36,926 nt of DNA from a virus (IMGVR_UViG_3300002091_000057:1-36926), one strand, 5' to 3'. Counted from the first letter of the stretch, positions 14,125-24,893 are shown. Notes: generated by a model from the sequence alone, not told the origin. Made by a program: numbers and translations.

Positions 14125-16004
14125 TATCTGTCTTCCTCTGTGGCAGTAAATTGCCAACTGACAGCACCGGCCTGCCAGGTATTGGTACTGCTGGTATTAC
14201 TTACTTGAACGCTGTAGGTTCTGTACACATTCTGATTGGCCTGTATCCAGGGATTGCTAGTGTTGATGGCAATGGTACCAGGCGTGGTAAAAGTACTGGC
14301 CTGACCCACACTGTCGCTACCGCCAATGGCCACTGTGATCGTACCAGTGCCATTGGCTATGGGCAAACCAGCTGTGTCAATGTTGTACACCTCGGGCAAC
14401 ACACGGTGCATCAAGGCCTGTTGACTGTACTTGAGTCCCAGTTGCACATTGTCTCGCTGGAATGTGCTGGTGATAGGTCCATCTATAAAAGTGGTGCCTT
14501 GATCTTTTTCTACCAGTTTGGCACCAACCACGGCACGACTGTAGGTAATGGTTCTAGTGGCATCATTGAAGTTGACCCCATCAAATGTGGGTGCTTCTAC
14601 TGCATGACTGGCAGTGTTGACATCTCTTGGTGCTTGCCAGCAGTCCAGATCATATCTGTAGCTGAGCATTTTGTTGGGCCAACCAGTGCTGTTCAAATCT
14701 GCATAATAAATTTCAATTTGATTCTTGTTGGTGTTGTTGACCATGTAGGTTCGTGCATAGTAGGTGGGATTGAGATTTTCATAAAAATAATTTTTTACTC
14801 GTTGATTGCCCAAGCTCTTGAAATTGTTTCCATCAAACACCCAGATATCTCTTGCATCCAGACCATATATGGTTTGGTCCGCATTGGCCCAGCAGTTTTC
14901 ATTTAACAAACCGCGGCCTTGATTTAGTAGCTTGACACCCAAGACCGGATAGTTGGTGCCCTGATAACTGATTGGCGAAAATACGCAAGTGTCCCAATAG
15001 CTACAAACATAAAAGTTGCCATTGGCTGGAAATCCATCCACAACAGGACCACGCACTGGAATTTCCAGCTGATTGGCCACATTGGTCGCAGTAGGTGCCC
15101 AGGTTGCTGGCACATCATTGAGTCCAAAACTTTGACTCCACTGTATTGTGGTTGGATAGCGTGATATGGTATTGTTGGTGTTGGTGGCTGTTAGGTTACC
15201 GGCGATCAGGATCGACCCCACATTGGGTGTGCAATACATACGCAAGAATCCTGCTGTGACTTTACGCCAGCCCGGAGTGTAGTTCCATTCATAAGGTACT
15301 GTGACAGTACCTGCTTGTGTTTGACTACCAGTAGCGGTTGAAGCATAACTCACAGTGGTTGTGTTACAGGCTGTGACTGTGTAAGTTCCGTTGTAACCAA
15401 AAGGTATCACATTTGAAACTGTGATTTGTTCGCCCACAGCAAATGGAGCACTTGATTGTGTGGCAAAGGTCAGGGTGGCCACACTACCAGTTCCCGAAGT
15501 GGCAGTGGTCAACAGATTTGAGGTATTTTGACTGTACAGTTGAAATTCTGTGGCTGAACTTGACAAGAACATTGGTGCACTCACGCTGTCATTGATTATG
15601 AGCGTGGTACCATTCCAGGTATCGGTGATTGGCATATCGGTCGAATAACCTGGCAAATAGGCATTGGCATCAGCTCCGTATCCGGGCGTGATATTGCTGA
15701 CTCCTGCTGAATCGACGGCATACCAACGACCTTCACTGGTATTGCTCAACACACAGGCAATGTAATACCAAACATTGTTGGCACGATAACCGGCTGATAT
15801 GAATATGACTGTGCCAGCTGGTCCAGCAGAGCCTGGGATGGCACTTAGGATTTCTTGATCACCAAACACAGCACGGATGCCTCTGGTGTTGGTTTCCACA
15901 TTCTGTCCAGAATTGTATTCATTAGCGGCCAATGAGCCACTGGGCACATCCGGTGTGAATGTCATGCTGTTTAGTGATGTTTTTACTTCTGTAAATGTTG
16001 CCAT
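14124..16004 (-). CDS. Tail nozzle / tubular protein B-like beta-propeller
   Basis: 626-aa beta-rich protein, IQWSQ...PATW and IWVFDG motifs, podovirus synteny. Confidence 0.65.
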   Translation of the reverse strand: MATFTEVKTSLNSMTFTPDVPSGSLAANEYNSGQNVETNTRGIRAVFGDQEILSAIPGSAGPAGTVIFISAGYRANNVWYYIACVLSNTSEGRWYAVDSAGVSNITPGYGADANAYLPGYSTDMPITDTWNGTTLIINDSVSAPMFLSSSATEFQLYSQNTSNLLTTATSGTGSVATLTFATQSSAPFAVGEQITVSNVIPFGYNGTYTVTACNTTTVSYASTATGSQTQAGTVTVPYEWNYTPGWRKVTAGFLRMYCTPNVGSILIAGNLTATNTNNTISRYPTTIQWSQSFGLNDVPATWAPTATNVANQLEIPVRGPVVDGFPANGNFYVCSYWDTCVFSPISYQGTNYPVLGVKLLNQGRGLLNENCWANADQTIYGLDARDIWVFDGNNFKSLGNQRVKNYFYENLNPTYYARTYMVNNTNKNQIEIYYADLNSTGWPNKMLSYRYDLDCWQAPRDVNTASHAVEAPTFDGVNFNDATRTITYSRAVVGAKLVEKDQGTTFIDGPITSTFQRDNVQLGLKYSQQALMHRVLPEVYNIDTAGLPIANGTGTITVAIGGSDSVGQASTFTTPGTIAINTSNPWIQANQNVYRTYSVQVSNTSSTNTWQAGAVSWQFTATEEDR

Positions 16005-16017
16005 TGTTTTTCCTTGA

Positions 16018-16824
16018 TTATACTATTATATCGGATGTTGCAGGATAACGAATTATTACAATTCCTTGACTGGCTCCGTTGTTATCAATACCATTTGATC
16101 CTGATCCATAATTACCAAATCCAAGACCTGGAGTACCGTTTGTAGTGATATAAGTTGGACCAACAAGGTATCCACCAGCACCGGCACCACCTGCTCCATA
16201 ATAAGTGGCAACACCATTGATACTATTGCTGGTTCCATTGCCACCATTACCACCTTTTACATCTGAGCCTGCGGCTCCAACTGAACCAGCTCCACCACCT
16301 CCACCACCCGAATATCCAGAAGCGTCGCCACCATTATTTCCTTGTCCTGCAATTCCTATACCACCTGCTCCTGGAAATCCAATACTTGGATCAACCTGGC
16401 CACCTCCACCACCACTTGCACCAGCACCACCATTGGTAAATCCGGGAGGAGGAGTTCCTCCATACCCACCTCCATTGGCAGTAACACCAAATGCTATTGA
16501 TGGTCCTCCTGTTATAGGACTTGCATAAGGGCCGCCACCTGCACTACCTACTGTGATAGTATATGATGAAATTGAGGTGGTGGTATTACCAGTTTTAACG
16601 CCACCACCACCTCCGCCACCTGCACCTCTTCCTGCTGTTCCACCAATTACCCCACCACCACCAACTATTAAATAATTACAATTTAATGCTTTAGCGGTTG
16701 TAAAAGTTCCTGAACTGGTAAAAGTGTGAATATAGTAATTGGTTCCAGAAATATTAGCCAAAGTAACAGTTCCGCCTGATGCAGGTGGAATACTAAAAAT
16801 AGCAGTTTGATTATGTAAAAACAC
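16018..16824 (-). CDS. Glycine-rich (polyglycine) domain protein, putative receptor-binding adhesin
   Basis: SGGT...YYIHTFTSSGTF...YLIVGGGG...GGGGGG...GIVIIRY; GTG start. Confidence 0.8.
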   Translation of the reverse strand: MFLHNQTAIFSIPPASGGTVTLANISGTNYYIHTFTSSGTFTTAKALNCNYLIVGGGGVIGGTAGRGAGGGGGGGVKTGNTTTSISSYTITVGSAGGGPYASPITGGPSIAFGVTANGGGYGGTPPPGFTNGGAGASGGGGGQVDPSIGFPGAGGIGIAGQGNNGGDASGYSGGGGGGAGSVGAAGSDVKGGNGGNGTSNSINGVATYYGAGGAGAGGYLVGPTYITTNGTPGLGFGNYGSGSNGIDNNGASQGIVIIRYPATSDIIV

Positions 16825-16826
16825 GA

Positions 16827-17597
16827 TTACACATATCCTTTGACTAGGTTACACAGGTAACTGCTTCCGGTGTAGAATATACTCATTACATCTGTGCTTG
16901 AAACCGCAGTGCTGAGTGTCTTGACTCCATACGCAAATTTGTAGGCAGCATTTGGTGTCATTGTTCGATTACCAGTAGCGTCCTGTGTAATTATTAAAGT
17001 AATACTGCTTCCAGTGAGCATACCGCTTGGTGCTTGTAAAGTAAAATTTGAATTGGCTGTTATTCGTTGCACAGGACCATTGCTCCACAGTGGAGTAAAA
17101 CTGGTACTGGTATTGACTGCCGCGGCTGTGGTTTCTATATAGGTGTTTAGGGTTGTTGTACCAACCGTAGTCAAATTACCTGTGGCACTTATGTTTCCTG
17201 CTGACACATTACCAGTGGTTGTTATAGCGTTAGATCCAAAGTTGGCCATCAAGCTGACCACATTGGCATTGGAGTAAGTGGCTGGTAATCCAGTCAATTG
17301 ACTTCCATTACCCAGCACATAAGCACTTGTAATATTGCCGGTTACACTGATATTGCCACGAATATTGGCCCCGGTCAAGGTCGACAAATAACTGCCGTTA
17401 CCAATAAAATTGTTGGCAATAACATTGCCAGTTACACTGATGTTGCCAGATATGATATTGCCGTTGCCACCATTTATATAAGTTTGCAGATTGGCCATGG
17501 TCACTGTGTAATTGACATTGGCACTCACAGTTGGTATAATGGTCGTGGCCGTTATACTGGTTTGATTTGGCAGTTGGCCAAAGGTTATATTAGACAT
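16827..17597 (-). CDS. Short fibre protein with GNISVTGN repeats and C-terminal docking-like domain
   Basis: Repeats shared with the 18839-22000 protein and a paralogous C-terminal domain. Likely start MSNITFGQLP at 17597. Confidence 0.7.
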   Translation of the reverse strand: MSNITFGQLPNQTSITATTIIPTVSANVNYTVTMANLQTYINGGNGNIISGNISVTGNVIANNFIGNGSYLSTLTGANIRGNISVTGNITSAYVLGNGSQLTGLPATYSNANVVSLMANFGSNAITTTGNVSAGNISATGNLTTVGTTTLNTYIETTAAAVNTSTSFTPLWSNGPVQRITANSNFTLQAPSGMLTGSSITLIITQDATGNRTMTPNAAYKFAYGVKTLSTAVSSTDVMSIFYTGSSYLCNLVKGYV

Positions 17598-17745
17598 AGG
17601 GTTGTTCCACAAAATTGTTTGAATCTTGACTGATCAAGAAATTGGCACCGTCTTCGGTCACAAAGAACAAGGTCGGTAACAATACAGGCACAGGACCAAT
17701 GGTTATTCCATTTTCCACTGTGATGCCGTTTTCGATTACAATCAT
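17590..17745 (-). CDS. 51-aa small virion-associated protein (MIVIENGITVENGITIGPVPVLLPTLFFVTEDGANFLISQDSNNFVEQPYV), not in ORF track
   Basis: Translated by hand; ATGA overlap with the upstream gene and fills the gap. Confidence 0.7.
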   Translation of the reverse strand: MIVIENGITVENGITIGPVPVLLPTLFFVTEDGANFLISQDSNNFVEQPYV

Positions 17746-17990
17746 AGATTGCACGCCTGGTAAAGATCGGGCACTTGATCCGGTGTAGCCTGGTTCACAT
17801 AGCTATTGGTTTCAGGATTGAACACATTGGACCAAAAAGTTGGTGCACCTGAATTCATTGCATTGGCTGTGGCATCACCCGATGGCATTTGTCCTGTTAC
17901 TATGGGACCAAATTGTTCAATAGTCAAACTGGTGTATTGTGTTCCAACTGGATACAACAAAGGGTCTGATAATACGGTTACGATATACAT
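17742..17990 (-). CDS. 82-aa hypothetical protein in tail module
   Basis: AAGGA RBS; operonic. Confidence 0.7.
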   Translation of the reverse strand: MYIVTVLSDPLLYPVGTQYTSLTIEQFGPIVTGQMPSGDATANAMNSGAPTFWSNVFNPETNSYVNQATPDQVPDLYQACNL

Positions 17991-17999
17991 AGGTTTTCC

Positions 18000-18839
18000 T
18001 TAACTTGTGGCATTGGTAAAAGTGGTACTGCCGCTGGTGCCATCCATGTGCATGAGTAAAGTGGTAGGAGTATCAACTACAAAACTTTCTGTTGGTACTA
18101 CCAGGTTACCCACAGTCACATTACCAGCCAAGCTGATATTGCCTTGTGGATCATAACGAAATGATCCCACTGTGACACAAATTTCATCCAGGTAAGCATT
18201 TCTCAATGTTTCATCTGTGCTGCCTGAATTATAACTGCCAATGGTGATGGCTGTGCCCACACCCGAGTTAGCAAAGTTTCTGCCCACAGCAGTGTTAACT
18301 CCTTGTCTAAACAATTTGATGCCATTGGCCCAGAATGTGATTTGTGTGTTGGCATTGCCGCCTGTGGCGCCACTCCTTTGTGCCACAAAATGATTCCATT
18401 GGTTCAAGGGCCAAACATAACTGGCAAAGTCTTGATCAGCTCCTGAACGGCCAAATATGCTGATGTTGTTCACATTGCCTTGATAGGCTTGTCCCAGTCT
18501 GATACCCAAGCCGTTTGTGGCATTGTTTACTATGACATCTATGCTAGATCCATTGTTTTGTCCGGGCAAGGCTGTGTTTCTGGCAGTGGGTATGTACAAC
18601 CAACCTTCTATGGTAAAATCACCTGTGCCCACATTCATAAAAGTGTTTGTGGTTGTGGTTTGTATGTAACCACCTGATGTGTTTCCAAACATGCTGCCGG
18701 TGCCAAATTGTTTGATGGTGGTATTGATATTGGCCACACCATTTGGTATAGTCCAGGTAAAACTGCCGTTGGTACTGGGTGGCGAACCTTGCCGCTGATT
18801 GTAGTTGAAATTTTGTACAAGCGTGCTGGCAAATGTCAT
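18000..18839 (-). CDS. Concanavalin A-like / LamG domain protein, putative fibre tip
   Basis: KQFGTGS...GTGDFTIEGWLY...NQWNHFVAQRSG...YLDEICVT...TTLLMHMDG..GSTTF. Confidence 0.85.
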   Translation of the reverse strand: MTFASTLVQNFNYNQRQGSPPSTNGSFTWTIPNGVANINTTIKQFGTGSMFGNTSGGYIQTTTTNTFMNVGTGDFTIEGWLYIPTARNTALPGQNNGSSIDVIVNNATNGLGIRLGQAYQGNVNNISIFGRSGADQDFASYVWPLNQWNHFVAQRSGATGGNANTQITFWANGIKLFRQGVNTAVGRNFANSGVGTAITIGSYNSGSTDETLRNAYLDEICVTVGSFRYDPQGNISLAGNVTVGNLVVPTESFVVDTPTTLLMHMDGTSGSTTFTNATS

Positions 18840-21800
18840 TACTTAAATCCTCTTGCTAAACTTGCGTAATAAGTTGTGCCTGAATAGACCACTGCAATTA
18901 TATCTACAGCATTGGCTGTGGTACTCAAGGTTCGCACATTGCCGGCAAACAGCATGGTGCTGGTAAGGGTTCTGTTACCAGTAGCATCTTGGCTGATAAT
19001 CAAGGTTATGTTTTGTCCCGACGCTATGTTTGTAATAGCATTTAAAGTAATATTACCTGTGGCAGTCATGGTCTGGATTGAACCCAGGCTGATGTTGGGT
19101 GTAATGGTTCCTGTGGCATTGCCAAACGCATATGGCGGTTGAGCGAATACTGTGCTGGAAATTATCGCGGCATTTGATATGCTATATCCAGCAGCATCTA
19201 TGTTACCGGTTAAACTTGATCCAATTGATCCTGTTGTGCCTTGTGCACCAGTAGTGCCTTGAGTGCCAGTGCCAGTTGTTCCTTGACTACCTGTTGTTCC
19301 TACAGTGCCTTGGCTACCAGTTGTTCCTTGAGTGCCAGTGCCAGTTGTTCCTTGACTACCTGTTGTTCCTACAGTTCCTTGGCTACCTGTTGTTCCTACA
19401 GTGCCTTGAGCACCTGTAGTGCCTTGTGCACCTGTTGTTCCTACAGTTCCTTGGCTACCAGTTGTTCCTACAGTGCCTTGAGCACCGGTAATACCCTGTG
19501 TTCCAGTTGTGCCTTGTGCTCCAGCGGTTCCTTGACTACCTGTGGTTCCAGTTGTGCCTTGACTACCTGTGGTTCCAGTTGTGCCTTGAGCACCGGTAAT
19601 ACCCTGGGTTCCGGTTGTGCCTTGTGCACCTGTTGTTCCTTGAGTTCCAGTTGTTCCTTGAGTTCCAGTTGTTCCTTGACTACCTGTGGTTCCAGTTGTG
19701 CCTTGAGCACCGGTAATACCCTGTGCACCTGTTGTTCCTGTAGTGCCTTGGGTGCCCGTGATTCCTTGAGCACCTGTGGTGCCTTGTGCTCCTGTAGTGC
19801 CTTGGGTGCCCGTGATTCCCTGTGCTCCAGATCCAGCCACAGGATTGCCATTGGCATAGTAATAATTTGATCCAGATACATTACCTGTCACACTCACATT
19901 GCTACTGAATGTGACTGTGTTGTCGGTATTAAAACTGGCCGCCCAACCATTGCCAGCCACATTGGCCACTGATATATTGGCCACATATATTCGTAAAGGC
20001 ATAGTATTGGCTGAACCCGAGACACCGCTGACCAGGCGAGTTTCAGTATTGGCCAGCCCGGCCTGCATGCTAATAGTTTGATAATTGCTAGCACTAATAT
20101 TGCCGTTGATGGCAATTACTCGACTGGACACAATGGTGTTGGGATTGGTGCCACTGGTGGCATAAACAGCCAGGCCACTTCTGTTGGGGGCATTGGTGAT
20201 TACATTTAAAGTGCCACCTGATCCGGTCATATTTGCTGTGCCATTGGTCAGGATCAAATTGTTGCCGGTTATGTTGCCGGTAGCACTAATATCTGCACTG
20301 CCTAAAATATTGCCAGTGACCGTGACATTACTGCTGAATGTCACAGTATTGTCGGTATTGAAACTGGCTGCCCAACCATTGCCTGGCACATTGGCCACTG
20401 CCAAATTGGCCACATAAACACGCAACGGCACAGTGGTAGCTGTGCCAATTACAGCGCTGACCAAGCGAGTTTCAGTATTGGCAAGGCCAGCGTGTATGGC
20501 AATAAATTGACCAGTGGCAGAATTAATATTGCTATTGTAAGCACTTATTCTACTGCCAATATAAGTGCTGTTATTGTTTCCAGTAGTGGCATACGCAACC
20601 ACTCCGCTTAAACTGTTTGCGGTGGTGGTTACAAGTAAAGAGCCATTCTGCACATTTGCGCGGCCTGTGGTCAGGTTTAAATTTGCACCTGTTATATTGC
20701 CACCTGTCACATTGCCGTTGGTGCTGAAACCTGCTTCATTGACATAATTGGTAATACCTCCACTACTTTGCAAGGTAATAGTGGTGGCCGTAATGTTACC
20801 TATCATGCTGAATTGGCCACCTGTTAGATATAGGCCGTTGGTTAGGATCGCATTGCCCAAATAGGCATTGCCTTGTGCACCACCACTAATGGAACTATTG
20901 CCAAGGTCACCGGTGTAGGTGGGCAAATAAGCAGCCACATTGGCATTTGAATAATTGGCTGCAATACCAGTCAGTTGCGATCCATTACCTATGTAGTAAT
21001 TGCCGGTTACATTGCCTGTGGCACTGAGTATGGCAATATTGCTAATACTAAAGCCTTGTCCATTGATGTTGGCAGTTAAGTTGCCCGAGAATGATCCAGT
21101 GGTGCCTTGAGCACCTGTAGTGCCTTGAGCACCTGTGGTGCCTTGAGTACCTGTGGTGCCTTGTGCACCTGTAGTGCCTTGAGCACCTGTAGTGCCTTGA
21201 GCACCTGTTGTGCCCTGGGTGCCTGTGGTGCCTTGTGCTCCTGATCCTGCTACTGGACTACCATTGCCATAATAAAAAGCACCTCCTACCACATTGGCTG
21301 TAATTCTTATATTGCCACCGGCCAAGTTTCCAGAATAAGTTGGTAAAAAAGCTGCCACATTGGCATTTGAATAATTGCTGGCCACATTGGTCAACAAACC
21401 GCCATCACCTAGATAGAAATTGGCACTCACATAGTTTACACCACGGATGTTGCCTTGTGTGCCAGCGGTTTGAAATATATTGGCAACAACATTGCTGACC
21501 GCACTCACATTACCGGCTGCAACATTGCCAGTGTACACAGGCAAGAATGCTGCCACATTAGCATTTGAATAATTGGTAACTACTCCAGTCAATTGGCTTC
21601 CGTTACCTAAAAAGTATCCACCTGTGATATTGCCAGTGGTCACAATCACATTGCTGCCAAAATTGGCCAACAAGTTGGTCACATTGGCATTTGAGTAAGC
21701 ACCTGCTATGTTTAGGCCAGTCAAGTAATAACCATTACCCACCACATAGTTGCCGTAGATGTTGCCCACAGCCGAGATCCAACCACCTGCGGCAATGTTG

Positions 21801-22000
21801 CCAGTGACTGAGATATTGTCGGCTATGCCAATGGGTGCTTGACCTGCTGTGTTGTACAGGCCAGTGTTGTTGTTGCTGGGTATGGTGGTGCCTACTCCAC
21901 TGGCCGCAGCAGTGGTCACCACTGTGGATGTTCCGTTACCCGAAGTGTTATACAAACCAGTGTTGTTGTTGGCTGGTACTACTATATTACTCGTTGCCAT
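18839..22000 (-). CDS. Long collagen-like fibre protein
   Basis: Two G-X-Y tracts ([12 protein letters not shown]), four YSNANV repeats and a duplicated ~100-aa beta domain. Confidence 0.85.
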   Translation of the reverse strand: MATSNIVVPANNNTGLYNTSGNGTSTVVTTAAASGVGTTIPSNNNTGLYNTAGQAPIGIADNISVTGNIAAGGWISAVGNIYGNYVVGNGYYLTGLNIAGAYSNANVTNLLANFGSNVIVTTGNITGGYFLGNGSQLTGVVTNYSNANVAAFLPVYTGNVAAGNVSAVSNVVANIFQTAGTQGNIRGVNYVSANFYLGDGGLLTNVASNYSNANVAAFLPTYSGNLAGGNIRITANVVGGAFYYGNGSPVAGSGAQGTTGTQGTTGAQGTTGAQGTTGAQGTTGTQGTTGAQGTTGAQGTTGSFSGNLTANINGQGFSISNIAILSATGNVTGNYYIGNGSQLTGIAANYSNANVAAYLPTYTGDLGNSSISGGAQGNAYLGNAILTNGLYLTGGQFSMIGNITATTITLQSSGGITNYVNEAGFSTNGNVTGGNITGANLNLTTGRANVQNGSLLVTTTANSLSGVVAYATTGNNNSTYIGSRISAYNSNINSATGQFIAIHAGLANTETRLVSAVIGTATTVPLRVYVANLAVANVPGNGWAASFNTDNTVTFSSNVTVTGNILGSADISATGNITGNNLILTNGTANMTGSGGTLNVITNAPNRSGLAVYATSGTNPNTIVSSRVIAINGNISASNYQTISMQAGLANTETRLVSGVSGSANTMPLRIYVANISVANVAGNGWAASFNTDNTVTFSSNVSVTGNVSGSNYYYANGNPVAGSGAQGITGTQGTTGAQGTTGAQGITGTQGTTGTTGAQGITGAQGTTGTTGSQGTTGTQGTTGTQGTTGAQGTTGTQGITGAQGTTGTTGSQGTTGTTGSQGTAGAQGTTGTQGITGAQGTVGTTGSQGTVGTTGAQGTTGAQGTVGTTGSQGTVGTTGSQGTTGTGTQGTTGSQGTVGTTGSQGTTGTGTQGTTGAQGTTGSIGSSLTGNIDAAGYSISNAAIISSTVFAQPPYAFGNATGTITPNISLGSIQTMTATGNITLNAITNIASGQNITLIISQDATGNRTLTSTMLFAGNVRTLSTTANAVDIIAVVYSGTTYYASLARGFK
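19230..19830 (-). repeat. Long 9/18-bp-period collagen-coding repeat tract
   Basis: Roughly 65 uninterrupted G-X-Y triplets. Confidence 0.9.
21095..21245 (-). repeat. Short 18-bp-period collagen-coding repeat tract
   Basis: About 8 copies of G(A/T)QGTT. Confidence 0.9.
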
Positions 22001-22009
22001 TGGCTGTCC

Positions 22010-23011
22010 TTATTTGAGCGAGAACTGACTTGCTTGTCTCGGCTGGAATATACTAGTCATTCTGGTATGTCCACCCGACCATTTGCCCAAGTTGTTTTGA
22101 TCTTCAATTATGTTCCAGGCTTCATCGTATCTGGATTTGAACAAGGCCGCATCATCTTGGCTACGACGCTTGATATAGTATTCGGTCAAGCTGCCATATA
22201 TGTAACCTTCTGGAAATGACTGTAACACCGGATTGGTCTGCACTGTTGATGCCACACTGCGTGTGACATTGGTCACTGTGCCTGCTGTGGGCGTGGTTCC
22301 GCCTGTGACTGTGACCGTTAAACTGGTTGAATCAGGCTTGCTGGCCACTGTGGCCACACCACCGTTTGTTAATGTGCCTGTACCGGCTGTGGCTGTCACA
22401 ATGTCGCCTACAGCAAATGCGGTGTTTTCTGTCATGCCCGAGATAGTACAAGTCCAAGGACCTGCTCCAGATAATGATCCTATTGTGCCAGTGGCACTTA
22501 TGATGGTATTGGTCACAGCCGGAGTAAACAACAAGTCCCAAGCACGATAGTAATACATGTTCAAGATTGTGCCTTCAGCTATGTAAGGTAAGAATTGATA
22601 GTTGTTGCCCACTTCTGAGAACTTGCCACGAACCACAGCTGGTACATTGACCGGGCTGAGATAGAACTGGCTCATCATGCCTTGTGTGATGATATCTCTA
22701 TCACCAATTCGATCAAACACTATCCAAGGACCATAACCAGTGTTGCTGTTGGTTGGTATGGTTTGATCGGGTGGTTGACCAATTTGAAAAAACAAGATTG
22801 GCTTGTTCATGTCTGCTGGTATGGGCATGAGCTGATTGGCACCCACGGTGCCGTATGTGCTGTATGGATCAGTTCTAAGAGATGGTAATTCGATATTACG
22901 CATGCCAAGTTCAGCTTGGAACACGCATTGTTTGATTTCGGCATCATTGGTACTGCCGGTAAAGTCTTTGAGATAGCTGACCAGAGTATCTGCGTCTGGG
23001 ATCATGAACAT
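22010..23011 (-). CDS. Head-tail adaptor-like protein with inserted Thr/Gly-rich beta domain
   Basis: N-terminal helices (CVFQAELGMR..L...R) and C-terminal NPVLQSFPEGYIYGSL motif typical of podovirus adaptors; synteny after the capsid gene. Confidence 0.65.
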   Translation of the reverse strand: MFMIPDADTLVSYLKDFTGSTNDAEIKQCVFQAELGMRNIELPSLRTDPYSTYGTVGANQLMPIPADMNKPILFFQIGQPPDQTIPTNSNTGYGPWIVFDRIGDRDIITQGMMSQFYLSPVNVPAVVRGKFSEVGNNYQFLPYIAEGTILNMYYYRAWDLLFTPAVTNTIISATGTIGSLSGAGPWTCTISGMTENTAFAVGDIVTATAGTGTLTNGGVATVASKPDSTSLTVTVTGGTTPTAGTVTNVTRSVASTVQTNPVLQSFPEGYIYGSLTEYYIKRRSQDDAALFKSRYDEAWNIIEDQNNLGKWSGGHTRMTSIFQPRQASQFSLK

Positions 23012-23601
23012 TATTTGTGTCCTTTAAAAAATTTTGTTTCGCCTACTGCAGCCGGATATGGCACATCAATAGGAATAGGCAACCGGCCACCTGGATAACA
23101 AACATATTCTGGGAATTCCTGTTGTACCACACGGTAAAATTGTGCTTTTAGATTGCGATCGTGCTTGATCACCGACCAGGGCATGCCACCAAAGTAGCGT
23201 TCACTGATTTCCACAGCAACCACATCAGGCAAATCCATCCATTTGTAACCTATGGAACCATCCGGCATGTAAGGACCAAGTGGATCTACCATGCCAGCTT
23301 CGGCTCCGGCTCGATATTCTCGGCATTTTTGTTTGATATACTCGGTATTCATTTGTTCACGGCGTATGTAAAACTTGCCGTCTTCTCGACCTGTTGTGGT
23401 CCGGATGTTTTGATTGCCGTTCCAGCCTGATCGTTTCCAATCACCCTTCATGCTACGATACAACTTGTCGTTGCGTAGCAGTTTGTCTGCTACACCATTG
23501 TGTGCAGTGACCATGCCACCTGAGTCTTGTCTAAGGTGATCATAATTGGCAGTTACATTGTGTACATCTATATATTCGGGTTTGTGGTAGTCTTGGCTCA
23601 T
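23011..23601 (-). CDS. 196-aa hypothetical protein after capsid gene
   Basis: Clean ORF; TAAATA-N5-ATG start immediately after the capsid terminator. Confidence 0.8.
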   Translation of the reverse strand: MSQDYHKPEYIDVHNVTANYDHLRQDSGGMVTAHNGVADKLLRNDKLYRSMKGDWKRSGWNGNQNIRTTTGREDGKFYIRREQMNTEYIKQKCREYRAGAEAGMVDPLGPYMPDGSIGYKWMDLPDVVAVEISERYFGGMPWSVIKHDRNLKAQFYRVVQQEFPEYVCYPGGRLPIPIDVPYPAAVGETKFFKGHK

Positions 23602-23606
23602 GTGTG

Positions 23607-23628
23607 TATTTAGTTGAGGGCTTAAATA
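23607..23628. promoter_or_regulatory. Late-type box CTAAATA (minus, 23613-23607) with a divergent TAAATA (plus, 23623-23628)
   Basis: A promoter is needed here because a terminator lies just upstream; the box is 5 nt from the ATG with no SD. Confidence 0.72.
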
Positions 23629-23640
23629 GCGCCTGCGAAC

Positions 23641-23672
23641 AAAAACAAAAAAGCACTCCGGGGAGTGCTTTT
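23641..23672 (-). terminator. Rho-independent terminator after major capsid gene (possibly bidirectional)
   Basis: AAAAGCACTCC...GGAGTGCTTTT inverted repeat with T-tracts. Confidence 0.88.
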
Positions 23673-23692
23673 CTGGGTTGCGATGCTACCTA

Positions 23693-24868
23693 TTAATATG
23701 TAGAACCAGAACCTTGGTTTACACGACTTACAGTTGCACTTGCTCTTGGTGCTGTTACTGCCGCTCCAGTTGTGGAAATGTTGTTTAACATTCCAACGCC
23801 GGCTGGGTTACGAACAATAAGCGTCCCTTCCATGATGAACTGATCTAAACTGGCATCAGCAGAACTGAATACTTCGTTGTTAGGACCTAGGTCACGCAAG
23901 CTACCCCATTGTAGAACTTCTTCGTTCAGGAAGTAGATACTGTTGCTTACACCTGCTTGATCCATGATCCAGCTATCAAAAATCTCATAAGTGTAGTTGA
24001 AGTCACCTTCATAAGTCTGGATAGTGTCACCACGCTCCACATTACGACGATTGATACTGGTGTTACTTGTACCAATTTGATCACTAATCATTGTTCTCAA
24101 ACTTGTTGGAGCAACCATTGTACGGATCTTGGCATTGTAACGCTGTTCAGCTGTGGTTACCAACTGCTTGTAAGTTGCAGGTGCAAACAATTGGTTAACA
24201 AAAGTACCAGTATAGAACTGTGTACCATTTGCACTGATGTTTAAGTTACCCACATTGGCTACTGAGCTGTCAGAACTGGCTGTGTTTGTGTTTGTTGTCA
24301 CATTGGCTACTGCATTACCACTTGCATTGAAACTTTGTGTACCAGCAAATGCGCTCAATGAACCCATACGACGACCACCTGTACCAGCTGCGGTAGGATT
24401 GGTGATAGCTGTACCTGCTTGACCTGAGTACTGTGTACCGATCTGATCGTTACGAACCAATTGTGTTTCCACATCGAACATTAATTCGATCAACTGTTTT
24501 ACTTCTTGGTATGCTTGTGGATCTCCACCCGACTGCATGACAGCTCTGGCTGTACCAGTTGCTGCAACAGTAGTTTGGAAAATCTGTGTGTAGTTGGCCA
24601 AGTTGTAACGACCGTTGCTTTCTGCGTTGCTTGCACTAACAGTAGCACCTTCAGTCCAGGCTTGTGCCTGTGGCAAACGATAGATATCGTCTGTCCATAA
24701 TGGTAAAGTACTGTTTACTTTACGCTTTTTGGTCATAGCCATGTTAAGGATCGGTGTGTCGTCCTTGACTCTGTTTGACACATCTAAGTCTAAGTCCTTG
24801 ACTACGATGTCTGTTTGATAACTGGTTGTACCGTTACCAATATTGGTTGTTGAAATATAACCTGCCAT
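23693..24868 (-). CDS. Major capsid protein (HK97 fold, DUF5309/SU10-like)
   Basis: DTPILNM...WTDD...EGA...NYTQIF..TV..TGTA.AV...D.AYQ..KQ..EL..DVE...RRMGSL...EGTL.VRNP; strong AAGGAG RBS and a downstream terminator. Confidence 0.9.
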   Translation of the reverse strand: MAGYISTTNIGNGTTSYQTDIVVKDLDLDVSNRVKDDTPILNMAMTKKRKVNSTLPLWTDDIYRLPQAQAWTEGATVSASNAESNGRYNLANYTQIFQTTVAATGTARAVMQSGGDPQAYQEVKQLIELMFDVETQLVRNDQIGTQYSGQAGTAITNPTAAGTGGRRMGSLSAFAGTQSFNASGNAVANVTTNTNTASSDSSVANVGNLNISANGTQFYTGTFVNQLFAPATYKQLVTTAEQRYNAKIRTMVAPTSLRTMISDQIGTSNTSINRRNVERGDTIQTYEGDFNYTYEIFDSWIMDQAGVSNSIYFLNEEVLQWGSLRDLGPNNEVFSSADASLDQFIMEGTLIVRNPAGVGMLNNISTTGAAVTAPRASATVSRVNQGSGSTY

Positions 24869-24893
24869 TTTATTCTCCTTGAATTTTTAGCAA

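Noticed and set aside
19230-19830. Possible CRISPR array or non-coding tandem repeat
   Set aside because: The repeats are in-frame G-X-Y codons with wobble variation and no unique spacers.
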